Shown here: piece after piece, positions 14,594 to 28,822 of the stretch
Layout: each line of letters begins with the position of its first letter
How positions within the stretch are numbered: the stretch's first letter is position 1
Origin: Lytechinus pictus
Taxonomy: Eukaryota
Assembly: GCF_037042905.1 (NCBI RefSeq)
Contig: NC_087251.1
Location: forward strand, 39,060,001 to 39,124,000
DNA length: 64,000 bases
Reading direction: 5' to 3'
Made by a program: the position numbers and the translations under genes
Notes under the pieces: model-generated
Told to the model about the DNA's origin: nothing
What the model saw: only the letters and a program-made list of their open reading frames with translations
Database searches by the model: none

Positions 14594-17500
14594 ATGGAAC
14601 TTGGAAAATTCTTCGTGCTGGTTTTGGCCTGCATTTTGCTCGTTTCGGGCAATGCAGATGCCAAATTCAAACGCGGAGAAATCTCTACGGAACAGGTGAG
14701 TTGTAACAGGAGTGGGGTTATTTTTAAAGAAGAGAGGGGAGGGAGGGGTCGAGACTGATGTAGAAACATCGGGGTGGATATGGGGCTAAACCTGTGAATG
14801 GAGTTTGGATGTAAAATGTTCATTGACATGATGGGGAGTGTGTGTACACATACCATCGTATACTTTTTTATTCTTCTACAACAGAATATTGAAAGGGACC
14901 GAAGCGAGTGAAGATCAATTTTAGAAAGTCATTTGAAAAATTTACAAGCAAAGTTTCATCAATTTTTAGTACAAAATGTTAGGAAATATTATAAAGAACA
15001 AAATAGCAGATGATTAAAACTATTGAATTCATATTTTTAGTGTAATCCAAAGACAAAATAGAAGGCTTAAAAAATATAAAGTATCCGAACACCCGACCCC
15101 CCATCCTACTACAAAATATAATTTGTGATAATTATAGAAAATAATAATAATTGATATTAATAATAATAACACTAAGGTTAATGATAATAAGTGTAGGCCT
15201 ATACGTTTATATCATATCAGTAGCGTAAGCAGTATTTTTGAAGGGGGGGGGGGGCTTTCAAGCTGAATGAAAAGTTTAGAAGAAAAAAAGCGCCTTTACC
15301 CAAAATTTGAGGTCGTTTCGTACCAAACAAATTTATTACGGGGGCTGGGAACCCTCTGACCACCTCCCTGCGTACAAAATGGGTTTTAAAGAGTTATGGG
15401 GGTTGAACCCCTGTGCTGTAGCCCCCCCCCCCCTCCCCTTCCCCTGCGTACGCTACTGTATCATAATATAAAGAATGTGATTAGATTTCATCAGGTCATT
15501 GATAAAAACAGCTTTTTGCTGATCTTTTGTATCTGAATGAATATATTGTAATAAATAAATAAATTTCTACCCACTTTAGCCCTGGGCGAAGATTGAACAC
15601 AACATCCCCACCTGGAATTTTTTTGGGATGCTCCCCCCGCTATTTTCGTTCTGACAAAGAATGAAGAAAAAAATGAATATGGTTTCGCCAGATATACCTG
15701 GGTTCCGTTTCATAAAGATTTTAAAGCAATATTTACACAACTTCTATAACGGGTTTAACTATCAGCCAATCAAATTGAATGATTTTAGTAGCTTTAAACT
15801 GATATTGCAAATGTCTTATTGTAACAAGTTTTATGAAAAAAGGCACCAGGACTTTTTAGAATAAAGATTCTGTGCAATATTCAACAATAGTTTTGTATGG
15901 TACAGCCTCAGCAAATGAGTGTTGAAAGCATGCTAAAAATTTGTCTAAGATGATGCGTTTAAGATTTTACAATTTCATTCATTATACAAAAAGAGTAGTC
16001 GTCAAGAATGAAACGGTTAAAGCGCAATGGTAAGAAAAAGGAGCCATTCACAAATGCGTTTTAAAACAGGGGATTTGATAATGATCCCCTTGTAAAACAC
16101 AAGATCTAAAACAGTGTTTAACATTTGAAATGGAAAAAAATGCCTGAACATACCAGTGGCGTATAGATGAATGGCTTGAGGGAATTGACCTCCAAAAGGT
16201 GAACTAAAATGGAAAAAAAAACGAAAATGAAAAATGTGAAATATTATATCTTAATATATTAAACATTATCAAAAGTTGGCCAAAGAAAAAAAAAAGGATT
16301 AAAAAAAATAAAAGGAAAAGGTATGTTAAAAAAAAAAAAATCAACGAAAAATTATCAAAACGTTAGGCATAGATTTTTACTTTAAAAGGCTAAAAGTTTA
16401 TTTCGCGATTGAGAGAGCGCTTGCCTCATTACCCCATGCCGAACAGGGTTTGAAAAAAGCTCCGTCCTCTTTTATTAAAGACTAGACTTGTTTCAAAACT
16501 ACTCAAAAAGCCCGAAACAAAATTTCGTTTGCATCTTGACATAGTAAAAGAAAATATTCCATTTAGATGTTAATGTCCCTCTCTCTCCCTCTCTCTCTCT
16601 TACGTCCACCTTTCTTCTTTATAGGATATGGCCTTCCTTGGGCAATTTTATTTCCAAAACAGGGAGGACAACATCCTAAACTTCACTATCACATACCCAG
16701 CTGTAAGTAATCCTCTTTTCAAATGGTATACCGGAACCGGGTTTATCTCAAGTTTAGATTGGTCTAAATTCATATTTCTAAAGACCACCTTGCGACTGGT
16801 CAACAATCCGATTTTGGAACAAAAATTTCATTTTGATCATTTTCTGAAAATGTGAATAAAATGTATCTTTATTTGAGGTTCAGATTAAGTGAACGAATAT
16901 TAATATAACAATTTTGGATGACTGTAAGCCTTTATTTTGTAGAAGAGTCCAAATTAGTTTCAAATTGTAGCCAATCGTACGATTATTAAACCTTATTACG
17001 ATTAGATATTAAATTTGCTTTTATTCTAAGAAGGATGATGATAGATTGCGTTCTTTTTATTTTGAAATATTTCATAAAACAAAAGCATTGAATAATTTTT
17101 TATTCAAAATCAATAGAAAGGAATCTCCCAACTGTGTATTTTGTGAAAAGGAAGAAGAAACGATTGTACACTTATTTTGCGAATGTGAAAAAGTGACTCC
17201 ACTTTGGAAATATGTTACAAATTCGTTAGAACGTAAAAGCAATGTTATTAATCTTACGAATTTTGAAAAACTGTTCGGTATAATAACTGATAAGTTTGTA
17301 ACTTACATTTTATTGATTGTGAAATATTACATATATATTTGTAAATTTAGAGGTGATACTCCAAATGTTGAATTCTTTAAGAATTTCATCAAATCTCAAA
17401 GGGAAACTGAATACTATATGGCCAAAAAAAGAAACAAGCTCGCTTTACATTAAAAAAATGGAGATTTGAGCTTTGAAGAAGTTCACTTGTAAAACACGTT

Positions 17501-20500
17501 GCATTTTTTTATACCCCGTAAGTACAGGTTAATATTTTGCCACGGCTCATTACCTGATATAATGATTGTACGTATGTGTTCAGACTCTAATTGTTTTAGT
17601 TTGTTCTGGATGATGTTACTTATCACTTTTTTTTTTCTTTTTTCTTTATCAATTTTGTTGTTTTATTTTTGTTTGTTTGTTTACGATCATGTCTAATTAT
17701 GTAAATATTGTGATTTCCTGTAATTGATTATTTATGAAAACAATAAAAACATAATAAAAAAAAAAAAACGTTTATTTTAAACATAGATATCCGTAAGATG
17801 ATTTAGAACATCACACAATCCATGTCTCAATATATGAGCATCAAATTCTAACTACGTTTTATTCCAAAATTGGGTATATAGCAGACTAATCGTAGGGTAT
17901 ATGCAGTGGCCTTTAAGCACGCACTTCATTTATCTTCAAACGAAAAAAAAAAGAATGAACAACTTCTATTAAACAATGTACATTTCAGTACGAACCATAG
18001 ATATTTTAAAAGAAAATTGTAATATATTCCATTTTTTTACATAATGGCATGGAGTTAAAAATTATAACGTAAATTTTCTCTTTGGATCATACAGTTTTGT
18101 ATATATGTTTTAAATAGAGAGATCGGTGAATCAACAACTTAAATCGAGTGATGATAAATTTCACTCTTGTATTGTACGTCAAGTTTTATCATTATTTGTG
18201 TTAATTATTAATACATGTAAACAAAAACAAAATGTGTTTTTGTACAGGACCAATGCTGCTATCGACTCGTCGTCTTTGATGAAAGCTATGGACAGTGGGG
18301 AAGTATACGACCGAACGAAGATAGACTGGTAATGAAATATCATAATCATTTTTTTTTAATTATCATATTCAGTAATGACCTGTAGTTTTCAATTGATAAA
18401 GGTTATTTAATTCCCTCTTTATCCTGGTAGGAAACTCATAAAAATGCTTAAAATATAACAAATACAATATTAATTTTTATAGAGAAACTGAAAATAATCA
18501 TCTTTATTTACTCTTAATTTTAGGGTAGGCACAGTCTTATAGTGAAAATACGTTCAAACTCCCAATAAATTTCTTTGAGCAAACGGCCAGAAATTTACAG
18601 TTTTTCTTTTGACACAATCCTGGCAACTTGCTGTATTATTCTTTACCGTATAATGCTTTTAATACAATACTTTTTAGGGTTTTAATGATGTTTTCATCGT
18701 TAAGTTGAGTCTTTAATAATTTTTACGCTATTTTCAGCGTAAAATTGAGCCAGAAAATTACGGTGTCCAAGTAAAAAACAAAACGAATAATGTTTTTATT
18801 ATTTTCTAACAAATCGTGTTTCTCCTTTTTCACCCATTAGACCTGTCGGGGTAAAATCGATAAGGTGAAGGATCTTGAATATAAAATTAAATTGACTGGC
18901 CTTGATCCTACTTGTCAGTTGATCACTGATGACAATGGTTTCAAAGTAAGTAGTGTGTTGTAACGGCAGTACACTCTGATTGTTTTGGGTAAATTTCGTT
19001 CGGCAACACATTGTTGGTTATAATTTTGCCCCAAACTGCACAAATTATTCCCGAACACGCATGGTCAAGATCATTTTGACCAAACCGTGCAAAGAAAGTG
19101 CTGCTCAACTATACCAATCGAATTCTTACCAAAAGTTGTCACATCGATATTAAAAGAATATACGTCTTCGTTAAATTTTGGTAAATTCTTTGAAATATCT
19201 TAATTTTGTATGAATGTATGTTAATTATCGGTCAAAGAGAAACAACACAATTTTCAATTACTGTTTGGTTGTTCTACTAACCAATACAGCTTTGAAATCA
19301 AATTCTTTAACGTTTGATGGACAGAATAGGCTTAAGACCCAAAGTTGGTTATGGATTGGTTAAAACAGTGACCAACTATTTTAAGAGTGTACGACCTATA
19401 TCCATTCCTTTGGAGAAATACTAAGTGTTACTTCTTTGCTACGTGTATAATTTGTACAATTTAACAAAAGAATACGTTAGACTTGTTCGAGTAAGTGTTA
19501 TCAGCATCATCCTCGGATCATTGTTATCATCATCATCATCATCATAATCGATATTATCATTATTATTGGTGTAGTAATCAGTAATAGAAGTAGTAAAAAT
19601 ATTTCAGTAGAAACAATAGAGGTGATATTGCTTACTTTCCTCCTTTCCAAACTATTCTACCGGACGGGTATAACAACTGATATAAACGCAGACCAGATGA
19701 AACAATTAACTAATTCAAAACAGTTTCTTTTTTCTTATTTTATTATATAATCATTTTCATTATATTTCTGGACAATATCACGTTATAAATATCTTTTCAT
19801 TATTTTGTTATTCAGTGGCTGGTTTGTCAAGATACCATCACCTTCGAATCCCGACAGCGACCACAGCACTACTTCGTACAGTTGGCAAATTGTAGGAGTA
19901 ATAGAAAGGGTTTAAGGAACGTCTCGTACACCTTACATATGACCAATGGGAAAGATGGACTCTGGACGGAATTTGCGGAGAACCAGAAGTGTAAGATTTT
20001 TCATCAGGTTTTTTTAAATTGATTTATGGCGCACGGTTTGCCTCATTATTAGGTATATACAAAATAAATAACAGAAAAAAAACATAACTGATTAAAAACA
20101 TCGATGATGTACATAAACTTATTAATCACGGAAGTTGACATTAATTAGAAAAAAAGGCACGAGGTCTGATTATCAATGAAATAAAATAATTCCTATCAAA
20201 GGGAAAATATCTTATTATCAACATCATGTCTACCTTATCTATTTCCTGTTATCAAGGGTGTCTTAACATCATTGACGTCATACTCATTCCTTTCTCAAAC
20301 AGGATATATATGATTTTTTTTACAGTCATGATGGAGACTGACTTGGCCTTCTTTCTTGGATACGTGGCGATGACTATCGTGGCTACTCGATTCAGATGTA
20401 AGTATATAACTATTTCATAAATTTCAGTTATTTATTACATTTTCCCCTTACAGCTGTAAGAGGAATTATTCTATTCTCTCTCATGTCTATATTTAGCTTC

Positions 20501-23500
20501 TAGAGGTGGTGTCTACCTTTTTATTACAAGATTTTGAGGGAATACAAAATCAGACTCTGGTGTAAATTTTCACAGTTTCATTCATCATTTTTTTTAATTC
20601 TTGTTCTAGATGTCTTGTCACTGAGGAAACTACTGCACCTAACCTATCGGTTATTCTACAGCAGTCTGTTCTTCAAGACAGTGTGTCTTCTACTCCTGAA
20701 CATCGATTTTTCGAGGTTTGCCCGGACCGGACTTGAAATGACTAAGATGCAAGACGCTGGTAATTGAAGCATATATTAACAATTAAAATATAAACCTCAA
20801 AATTTCAATCTCCTAAAATGATCCATTATTGAATGCTTTGTTAAAATGTACCAAAAATGTGATTATAAAGAATAATAAAGAGAAGTATTATTATGTATAA
20901 GTTTGAGAAGCATATTAATTGGTATGACTTTATTAATCTGGTATTTTTTTTTTCAGCTGAGGTATTCTCGTGGCTGTCTACGGTTTTCTTTGTGTGTGTT
21001 CTGCTGCTTGTGTCAAAGGGGTTCTCTATCACCAGGTAAGTACTACCTCACACAATGTCAGGAAAATAAATACGAATAAGAGCCCACATGTTAACCCAGT
21101 GATTCAAATTTGGAAGTTTCTTTCTATCACACTAGGAAATGAAGGATCAAGATTGCACCTTAAATTAAAAACTAGTATTACCTTTTGCGGTGTCATCTTG
21201 CACCCTAAGTGAAAAAATAACTTCTTGGGTAACATTTTGCACCCAGATATGCAAGTCTGCACCAAGAGGTGCAAAGCTGCATCCTTTACGTTAACATTGT
21301 TAAAAAGGGTTTTAAATTGGTTCCTTCCTGAGATGGTTCAGCTCTGCACCATCTAAGTTGCACAGTGTAGCTAAATGCACCCATTTAAGGTGCATCATGT
21401 GTATATTATAGCACACATGAGCAACCTCTTGTGCTGCTATTTTACCAAAATATAGGGTACATTTATGGCTCCCTATTAGTGTGAATGAACATTGTCATGA
21501 GCTATTTCTTCGTCTTAAAAGTAATGAATAAGCTTTGATACTTGGAATACGGTTTGTTATTACTTGTTGTCATATCTGGTAAGCCTCTGGCAAACTATCA
21601 GGTTGTAAACAACAATACTTGTTTGAAAAGTATGCACATAATTTGAAATATTTGCAATCAGATCGATCGAAGATAGGCGCTGTCGCGATGGTAGTGTTGA
21701 TGAAGATGGAGTTGTTGATGATGTAGATGGAGATTATTACGATGATCAAAATGATGAGGATGAGAGGGATAATGATTATATATTTTCTTTTTACAGAGCT
21801 CAGATAAGCCTACCTGGAACAGTGAAGACAATAGTGTTTGGTACGATCTACTTGACCTTCTACACAATCGTCTTCTTTGACCAACGTGTGCTCCTTGACC
21901 CTCAAGACATCATTACTAGTATGACGTCACTATCAGCAAGCGGTTTGACTGGCTTAAAGTTTACAGGTAAGAGAATGTTCTTTTATATCAAGAAGGTAAA
22001 AAGAAAACCCAGAATGATTGTTATGCTATGGTACTGATCATGAATTTTATTAGCAAAATGAAATCAATTAATTGGCAATCTGATCGATATTTGGCCACAA
22101 CAAAAATACGCTTAAAATAAATCGGAACAACGTCTCTAAGTATATTGTCACCCACTCTTATTATAGTAAGATAATAACAAAATATATCATGTTATCTCAT
22201 TCTTTCATTTTGTTTCTCTCTTCAGGCGCTATCATATTCGTATACGGCTGTATGGTGACGATCAAGAACCACCCAAGAAAGGTGCCCTTCTATTTACCAT
22301 TCGCTATCTTCTTTAGTGTTTGGTTTGTAGCTGAGCCTACCTATCGACTTCTATCCTTGTACGTCTACCCAGTTCTGAAAAGGTATTTAATATTTTTTGT
22401 TCCTATTCATAAAAAGGAGAAAATGTGCTTTACTTAATGATCAGAAGAAAATTAACCTGCGTGGAAAACACATTACAAGAATACTCCGTTTACAATCTTG
22501 TCGTTTTAAAACAAAAACCGAGAACATGCCTTCTCAATATCTCGATAAAGACTTTCTTTTAAATTTCGTGTACACAAATAATCAAATTAAATTTTAAAAA
22601 AAATCAAATTAATGGTAGAATCTTATCATGTTAATCGATACAATGGGATACACAATCCTCAATATTTATCTGTTTAAGAGAACGTTCATGTAGGTGTACA
22701 TATTAATTATTGATAGGTTAGGCAAAGCTCAAGGTATCCTCCATTTTGTCATGAATAGCATTTGTATATATACAAAGAGATATTCAAAATGCAATGTCTC
22801 ATCAATGGGTATATTTTGTTTACAAACTCACATACAGAAATGAATGATGTGACTATTCAGTAAGTAAATGAACCCAAATCCAAACTCATTCACATATATT
22901 ACCAGTTAATCTGCATCACACTTTCTTTCTTTTCTTTTTTTCACAGTCCGAATATCTGGAATGGGATTGACCTGGCTTTGTCTTTTGCTGGACATGCCTA
23001 TTTCCTGTATTTAACGCGACCGGACCGTCTTAATAAACGGTTTCCTTTCCATCTGCGAGCAGGCAAGGTATACATAAAGGCTATTTTTTATTTTTATTTT
23101 TCAATGTTATTCATTTATTTATTCACTTTTTCCTGTCAACATGTATCATGTATCATCATGTATCTACGATTTAAAAACAGGTGAGTTCTGGTTACATTGC
23201 CTTCTCGTAAAAGACTTATAGAAACTATCTTAAATATTTTACTTGAAAAGAAAAGTTCAGAAAATGATTATTACATTTTTGGTGAAATAAAAGAGAAGAA
23301 TGTACAAGCGTAATGATAAAAATATACATATTGGCATTTTTATTTTTTGTGATTTGTTATTCTTAACCTAGGTTTCTTTCCGTGATATCGATGAGAACGT
23401 AGAAGATCTTTATGCTCCTTCGAAGGACTTTTATTCCGTTTTCCAAACTGGAAAGAAATCGAATACCAGAACTGGACCGGCATTGACTATTCCCGAAGAA

Positions 23501-26500
23501 CCCCAGCACTTCGAAACACCTGTGGTAGGCTTTTGTTTAATCTAGAATTCCATATACCTTTTTCATAATTAACAAGCTATGAAATAAGTAATGAAACATG
23601 AATGACAAATAAAATGAAATTGAATAGAATGTTATTATGTTCTTATGTACAACGTCCCCCCGAAGGTAAGAAAATACTGTACATTTAACAACTAACCGGC
23701 CTGAAAAAAATTTCAATCAAAGACAAACACTACATTTTCCTTTACGTGTTGTTCGAAATTCAATTTTCTTCTAAATTCAGGTGCCTTTCAACGCACTTTC
23801 TGAAGAGTGCCTGGCTGTTCTTCCTCGACCATCCTTACCTGACATACCAACCGTGTCTGCTACTGTCGACCTATCGTACCGAACACCCTCACCGGTTATA
23901 CCAACGGTATCTGGTACTGTCCAGAAACAGACACCTGCGACGTCCTCTGTATTTGTTTCCATGCCGTCCGTAATGGCTAGGCAGTCATTTAAGATCACTC
24001 CTGCTGTCCCACCAACCTGTAAGATACGCATGGAACAAATTCATGAGGAAGACAGGACGGCAGTTGAGATATCCACGGTAGGTTGGAAAAGATTATTAAT
24101 TTTAGATTTTTTTTTAAATCTCTCATGGACACCGAGCTCTTTCAATCGTACAAATTGCAATTCAAGTATTTCATATGATGTTTTGTCACTTTTGCAAATT
24201 TTGTCTAGGTTAGCTAAAAGTAAATTTATCGATTCCTTGTGTGTTCAAGAGGTTGTCAATCAATATTTACATTTTTATTTACTTTTTATGATATGATGAC
24301 ATGAAAAAAAAAAATTTGTTATTTAACAACCGAATACATTAACAATCAACTCTTTTAAACTCAACTTTATTAGAAGAAGATCGAGCTTTGTTTTAATCAA
24401 TTGAAAAATATTAAATACACACAATTTCATTTACTGATCTTTGATACAGGCTTCTGTTCCTAATGGAGGGTTCTCTGTATTCTGCGTCCAGAAACAACCG
24501 GTGAGTACCTTTAAGATTTAAAGTTAACAATACAATACAAATAATATAAACTTTAGGGTGTGTTCTCTTTTGTTTACTAACGATAATGTATGTTTATGTT
24601 TATTCGGTGAAGCAAAAAAAAAAATTATAAATAATTATTTTAATGCCCAAAAGTGCACTTGTATTTCGAATTCCTTGAAATTTGAACCATTATTAAGCGA
24701 ACTACAGAGCTATCTAATGAAGATGTTAACATCGTGTACTTAATACAGGACACTGGAACTTCTCCTGTATATGATTCCATCACAAAGGAACACAAGGATA
24801 CATTACAATCTGACGAAAAGGTATAGTATTTTATTGATCTAAAAATTTATTTTAGCTTTAGAGCAAAGAAACGGTTCATAGTGAAGAATTTGCCATTTAA
24901 TGGGATTATGAATACAAAAATGATTTTGATGATGATGATGATAATAATAATAGTAACAACAAAAACAATGATATTGGGTTCGTACATATATATCGCTCAG
25001 GTCTGTCAGAGTGTCAGATATAACTCTCAGGGCACTCCACGATATTTTTTTCTTTAGCCTAACTGTCTAAAGGGCGCTTTAGCATTTCAAGGAATCAATT
25101 CCTGCCGAATCTCTATTTACCTCAACTGAGTCGAATGGGGCATAATGTAGATTGATCAACTTAAATTATTTGATATTTTAAAGATCATATTTTCTCCTTG
25201 ATCCTAAAGTTAAGTGTTTGATACATAGAAGGACAATTATTCATAAAACGGACTACAACAACGTAAAGAATCGTGTTGCATACACGATCCAAGAATTATT
25301 CCAATCTAACTTTCACCGTCAAGAACACTGTTGTCAAAGTTTACACTTCTTACTGTTTACGTATAAATTGAAACCTAATTTTCATATCAAATAAACTTTG
25401 CTTTTATTTCTTCTGTCATAGCTTGTTGCTCCAAAAGGAGGATATTCTATCTTCTCTGTGAACAAGCGACCGGTAGGTATCTCAGAATGTATGACCGTAG
25501 TTATTATGAGATGGATTTTAAATTCTTTATAATGGTAAATATCATCATACATTAAAGCAACGTGAATTATACTCTACTGCATATGATTTTTACCAAAATC
25601 TGATTGAACATGAATATACATACTTCCAATAGATAAACAATGATTTCTTTTACATTATTATGACGAGTTTACAAGTTAATGTAATTGTTTCTTCTATAAG
25701 GACACACCGTCTTCTTCCAAGAACACTGGCATGGATGTAACGGATCAAACACAGACCAATTCTGTGAACAAGGTAAGGGCATAAAAAGCACACATTGCAC
25801 ATAATTTACCAAATCAACTTATTTGAATTTTCATAGAGTTTCATTAAATTTGTTTGAGTCAATGTATGAATATATAAATATGTTTTGTTTGCACAGTTAG
25901 CTGTTTTAGTTTCAGTTTATGAATAAGTTTTAGCAGGGTATCTTGTCCATGGCTATAGATATTACACTCGTACTTTATTTAATATATTCGCATTTTATTG
26001 TAAGAAATGAAATGTCATTTTTCATATAAAAACGAATATGAGAAAACATACTTTAATAGTTCTTTCTATTTCATTCCTTGTAACAGAAGCAATCCAGTGG
26101 TAAGAATGCTTGCAACTTCCTGCCAAGGATCACACCATCCATCGAATCCACTTTGTCATCTTCTTCTTACACCATCAAAGGATCCGACTCTGATGCCAAA
26201 CTGGCCAACTTTCCTCTGGAGAACCTGCCAGCGACTTGCAAACCCTATCAACATCAAGAGCCTCTGAAGACCAAGGCCCGTTGTGAATCTGTATATGATG
26301 CGGGATCTGATGATAAGGTGAATGAGACCTTGGCTGGTGAGAATCCGAAACAGATGGCCATCAGATCAGTGGATGACTCTGTCTTTCAACCTAAAGACAC
26401 AGATGAAACCGAATGTTATAGCCAGGTCAACGGCGGCACCAAAGTGAGGCTTATTAGCGTGCGACCAGCTCAACATGCCAACTCGCCGTTAATGAACACT

Positions 26501-27914
26501 GGAGAATCCGATTCTGATTCTGAGGTACCCGAGATCCAAAGCCAGAATAACAGCGGCACTCCAAATGTGAGGTTAATTCAAGTAAAACCGGCCAAAGACC
26601 CATACGTGAAGATCGCTACTACCAGGCAATCTAGACCTGCCGATCAAGCTTTGGAGAAGAAGAGTTCAACTAAGGAATGCAACAACACCGTCAGCAGTGC
26701 ACGCTTCATCACCGTAAAATCAGTGCACGAGCCTCTGCCAACCTTGGCTAATCGTGTATCTGCTGCTCTAGTCCAGAAAGCCCTTGATGCTACGAATGAG
26801 ACCGTCCCAGAAATAAAATCAGTTTCTGACGATATTACAATCTCCCAGCCAGAGTCTTCTTCCTTGGCAACGAATGACGTGCTCCAGATCAAGAATCTCA
26901 GACCTGTTGTAGATTCTCAAACGTGGCAGTACCCGGTTCCTCCCCCTAAGATCCAGAACTGGACCACCGAGCCCCTGGAGCAATCAAAGAGCCAAGTCAC
27001 CAACATCGGACAAGGAAAAGTTTCTGATGAAAATGTCCTCAATCTAGACAATGGACATCCAACCTGTCCAAGTGAAACAGATATTGCTTCAACATCTGGG
27101 GATCACGCTCTTGTTCCTGTGGCCAATGGAGGGGACTTTTCGAAGGTGATTTATGATTTTTTTCTTCAAATGTCAGGCTTTTATTCTTTTAACGTCACTT
27201 TACATAATATTTAATTAAAAAGTGCTTTTGGGCTTTACAAGAGACGCCGTGAAATTCTCTTTTGTACTTGAAAATATTTATTTATCTAGTGTTTTTTCTC
27301 ATATCCTCTATGTAGCCTTCTAAAAAAACCCGGAAGGAGCCTTCACAAAGACGATTCCCCAAATCAACCAACCCGGGAATGACAACGGATACCTCTTCTC
27401 ATAACCAAAAAATGGTAATTACACAATCCGAATCTATTCAGTGTATTTTCATATGAATTTGTTTCTTTACTGTTAAGTGGTGACTCTATAAAAGATATAT
27501 TTCATTACATGTTTAAAACAATCCAAAACATCTAAAACATTTCGATTACTAAAGATTATTGAAACCTAAACTTTGTTTAGAAAGGTTTGAAATAATCTTA
27601 TAATGCTGATTAAACATTGGAAAAATTGTGTGATTTTGATGATGTCTTTATGTAACACGTGTCAGTCGTCAATGCATGTACCATGCAAACCAACTATATT
27701 TTAAATATCAACTTTCTATACCATGTTTTTAATCGTATTTCACTTTTTCCAGCAGCTCATATTTTTGAGATCTTCTTATTCTCTTTTATTCCTTTTCATC
27801 CTTTTCATATTTCCTTGTCTTTAGGCTATGGATTCAAAGACAAAGAAGAAGAAGCTCAAGAAATTCCTAAAGCTCGCACGCAAGCACAAGAACAAGCCTG
27901 CGAAAGCGGATTAG
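14594..27914 (+). CDS. TMEM145: TMEM145-like GOLD+7TM protein with long disordered C-tail, copy B (complete, 20 exons, 1077 aa)
   Basis: Exons 14594-14695 (signal peptide MELGKFFVLVLACILLVSGNADA, then KFKRGEISTEQ), 16625-16702 (DMAFLGQFYF), 18248-18328, 18841-18945, 19816-19990, 20326-20397, 20610-20759, 20957-21035, 21797-21966, 22226-22382, 22947-23067, 23372-23524, 23781-24077, 24450-24500, 24749-24820, 25422-25472, 25701-25772, 26087-27145, 27316-27414, 27825-27914. Lengths sum to 3234 nt; the frame is open and all introns are GT-AG. Family assigned from recalled motifs; it is a divergent paralogue and orthology is unproven. Confidence 0.85.
15218..15458. mobile_element. hAT-like MITE in intron 1 of copy B
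   Basis: TIR cagtagcgtaagcag / ctgcgtacgctactg; 8-bp TSD tatcatat/tatcataa. Confidence 0.6.
17030..17768 (+). mobile_element. 5'-truncated L1/Tx1-group LINE 3' end
   Basis: ORF 17046-17453 has the C-terminal zinc finger CVFCEKEEETIVHLFCEC, then a T-rich 3'UTR, AATAAA and an A tail near 17755-17768. Confidence 0.8.
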
Positions 27915-28690
27915 GAACTATCAGATCGCTTCAACTATACTGCAATGATTGAAAACAAACCGGATACCTTTGGGTCATAAACAAACCTTCAATTCACCTA
28001 GAATATTATCCCATAAGAAAAAAAATTGGCAGGTCTTTGGATCATTTACCGAAACTGAAAAAAAAAAAAAAATTCAATAAGTCTTAGTTACGAACTCAAA
28101 AATACAATTTATTTTGTTTAGGAAAAAGGCTAAATATGCAACAGGTCATATACAGAGAGCCACTGTTAACTGAAGCAATCAGGGGGCTTTAATTTCATTA
28201 AAAACTGGCAGAGTTATGAATGATGGTTACAAACAAATGCAGGCTTGTTCATTTATTTCCAAAAGGATAATAGTATGTTATATTCTGATCATAGACAACT
28301 TTATTTCAGTTCTGATTTTCAAAGAGAATTTATTTTGCAGTTTGAGGAGTCCATTGCCATACTCTTCAACCACTAATGATTAGTTACTTAAAAAGTCATA
28401 TTGAAATAATTCAATGACGAATCTTGAACATACTTGAAAATTGAATTCATTTAACTTAATGAAACAAGAATATTGTTAACGAAATGTAATTTTGAGAAGT
28501 ATGCATACCTTATCTAAATAAAGCTCAAAAACAATCTGCAGATTCTGACATGCCATACTATGAATCAAGCTATATATGATAATGGAAATGCTTTGTTAAG
28601 TCTCATTCTCAATAAAGAAATATTAAAATAATCAACGTTTAACACGTTCTTGTTTCTAGATGTGTGAAGTAAGCGCATAATGTGAGTGTG
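18190..28690 (+). repeat. Segmental tandem duplication, copy B (portion alignable to 1-10400)
   Basis: High-identity direct repeat of 1-10400, including the intronic MITEs. Confidence 0.95.
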
Positions 28691-28822
28691 AGTTGGTTTG
28701 TTGGTGTATGTTGGTGAATATATGTGTGCATGCGTGACACACACAAGTTGGCTTGGTTTGGTATATTCATTTTTTGTGTTTTTTTTATATTTTTCTTCTG
28801 TAAAATCTTCTGTTTTTCTAGC

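Noticed and set aside
14594-23067. GPR107/GPR108/GPR180 identity
   Set aside because: The KGF.ITR, PFY.PF and TRP...NK.FP.H.R motifs fit TMEM145 better; phylogeny is still needed.
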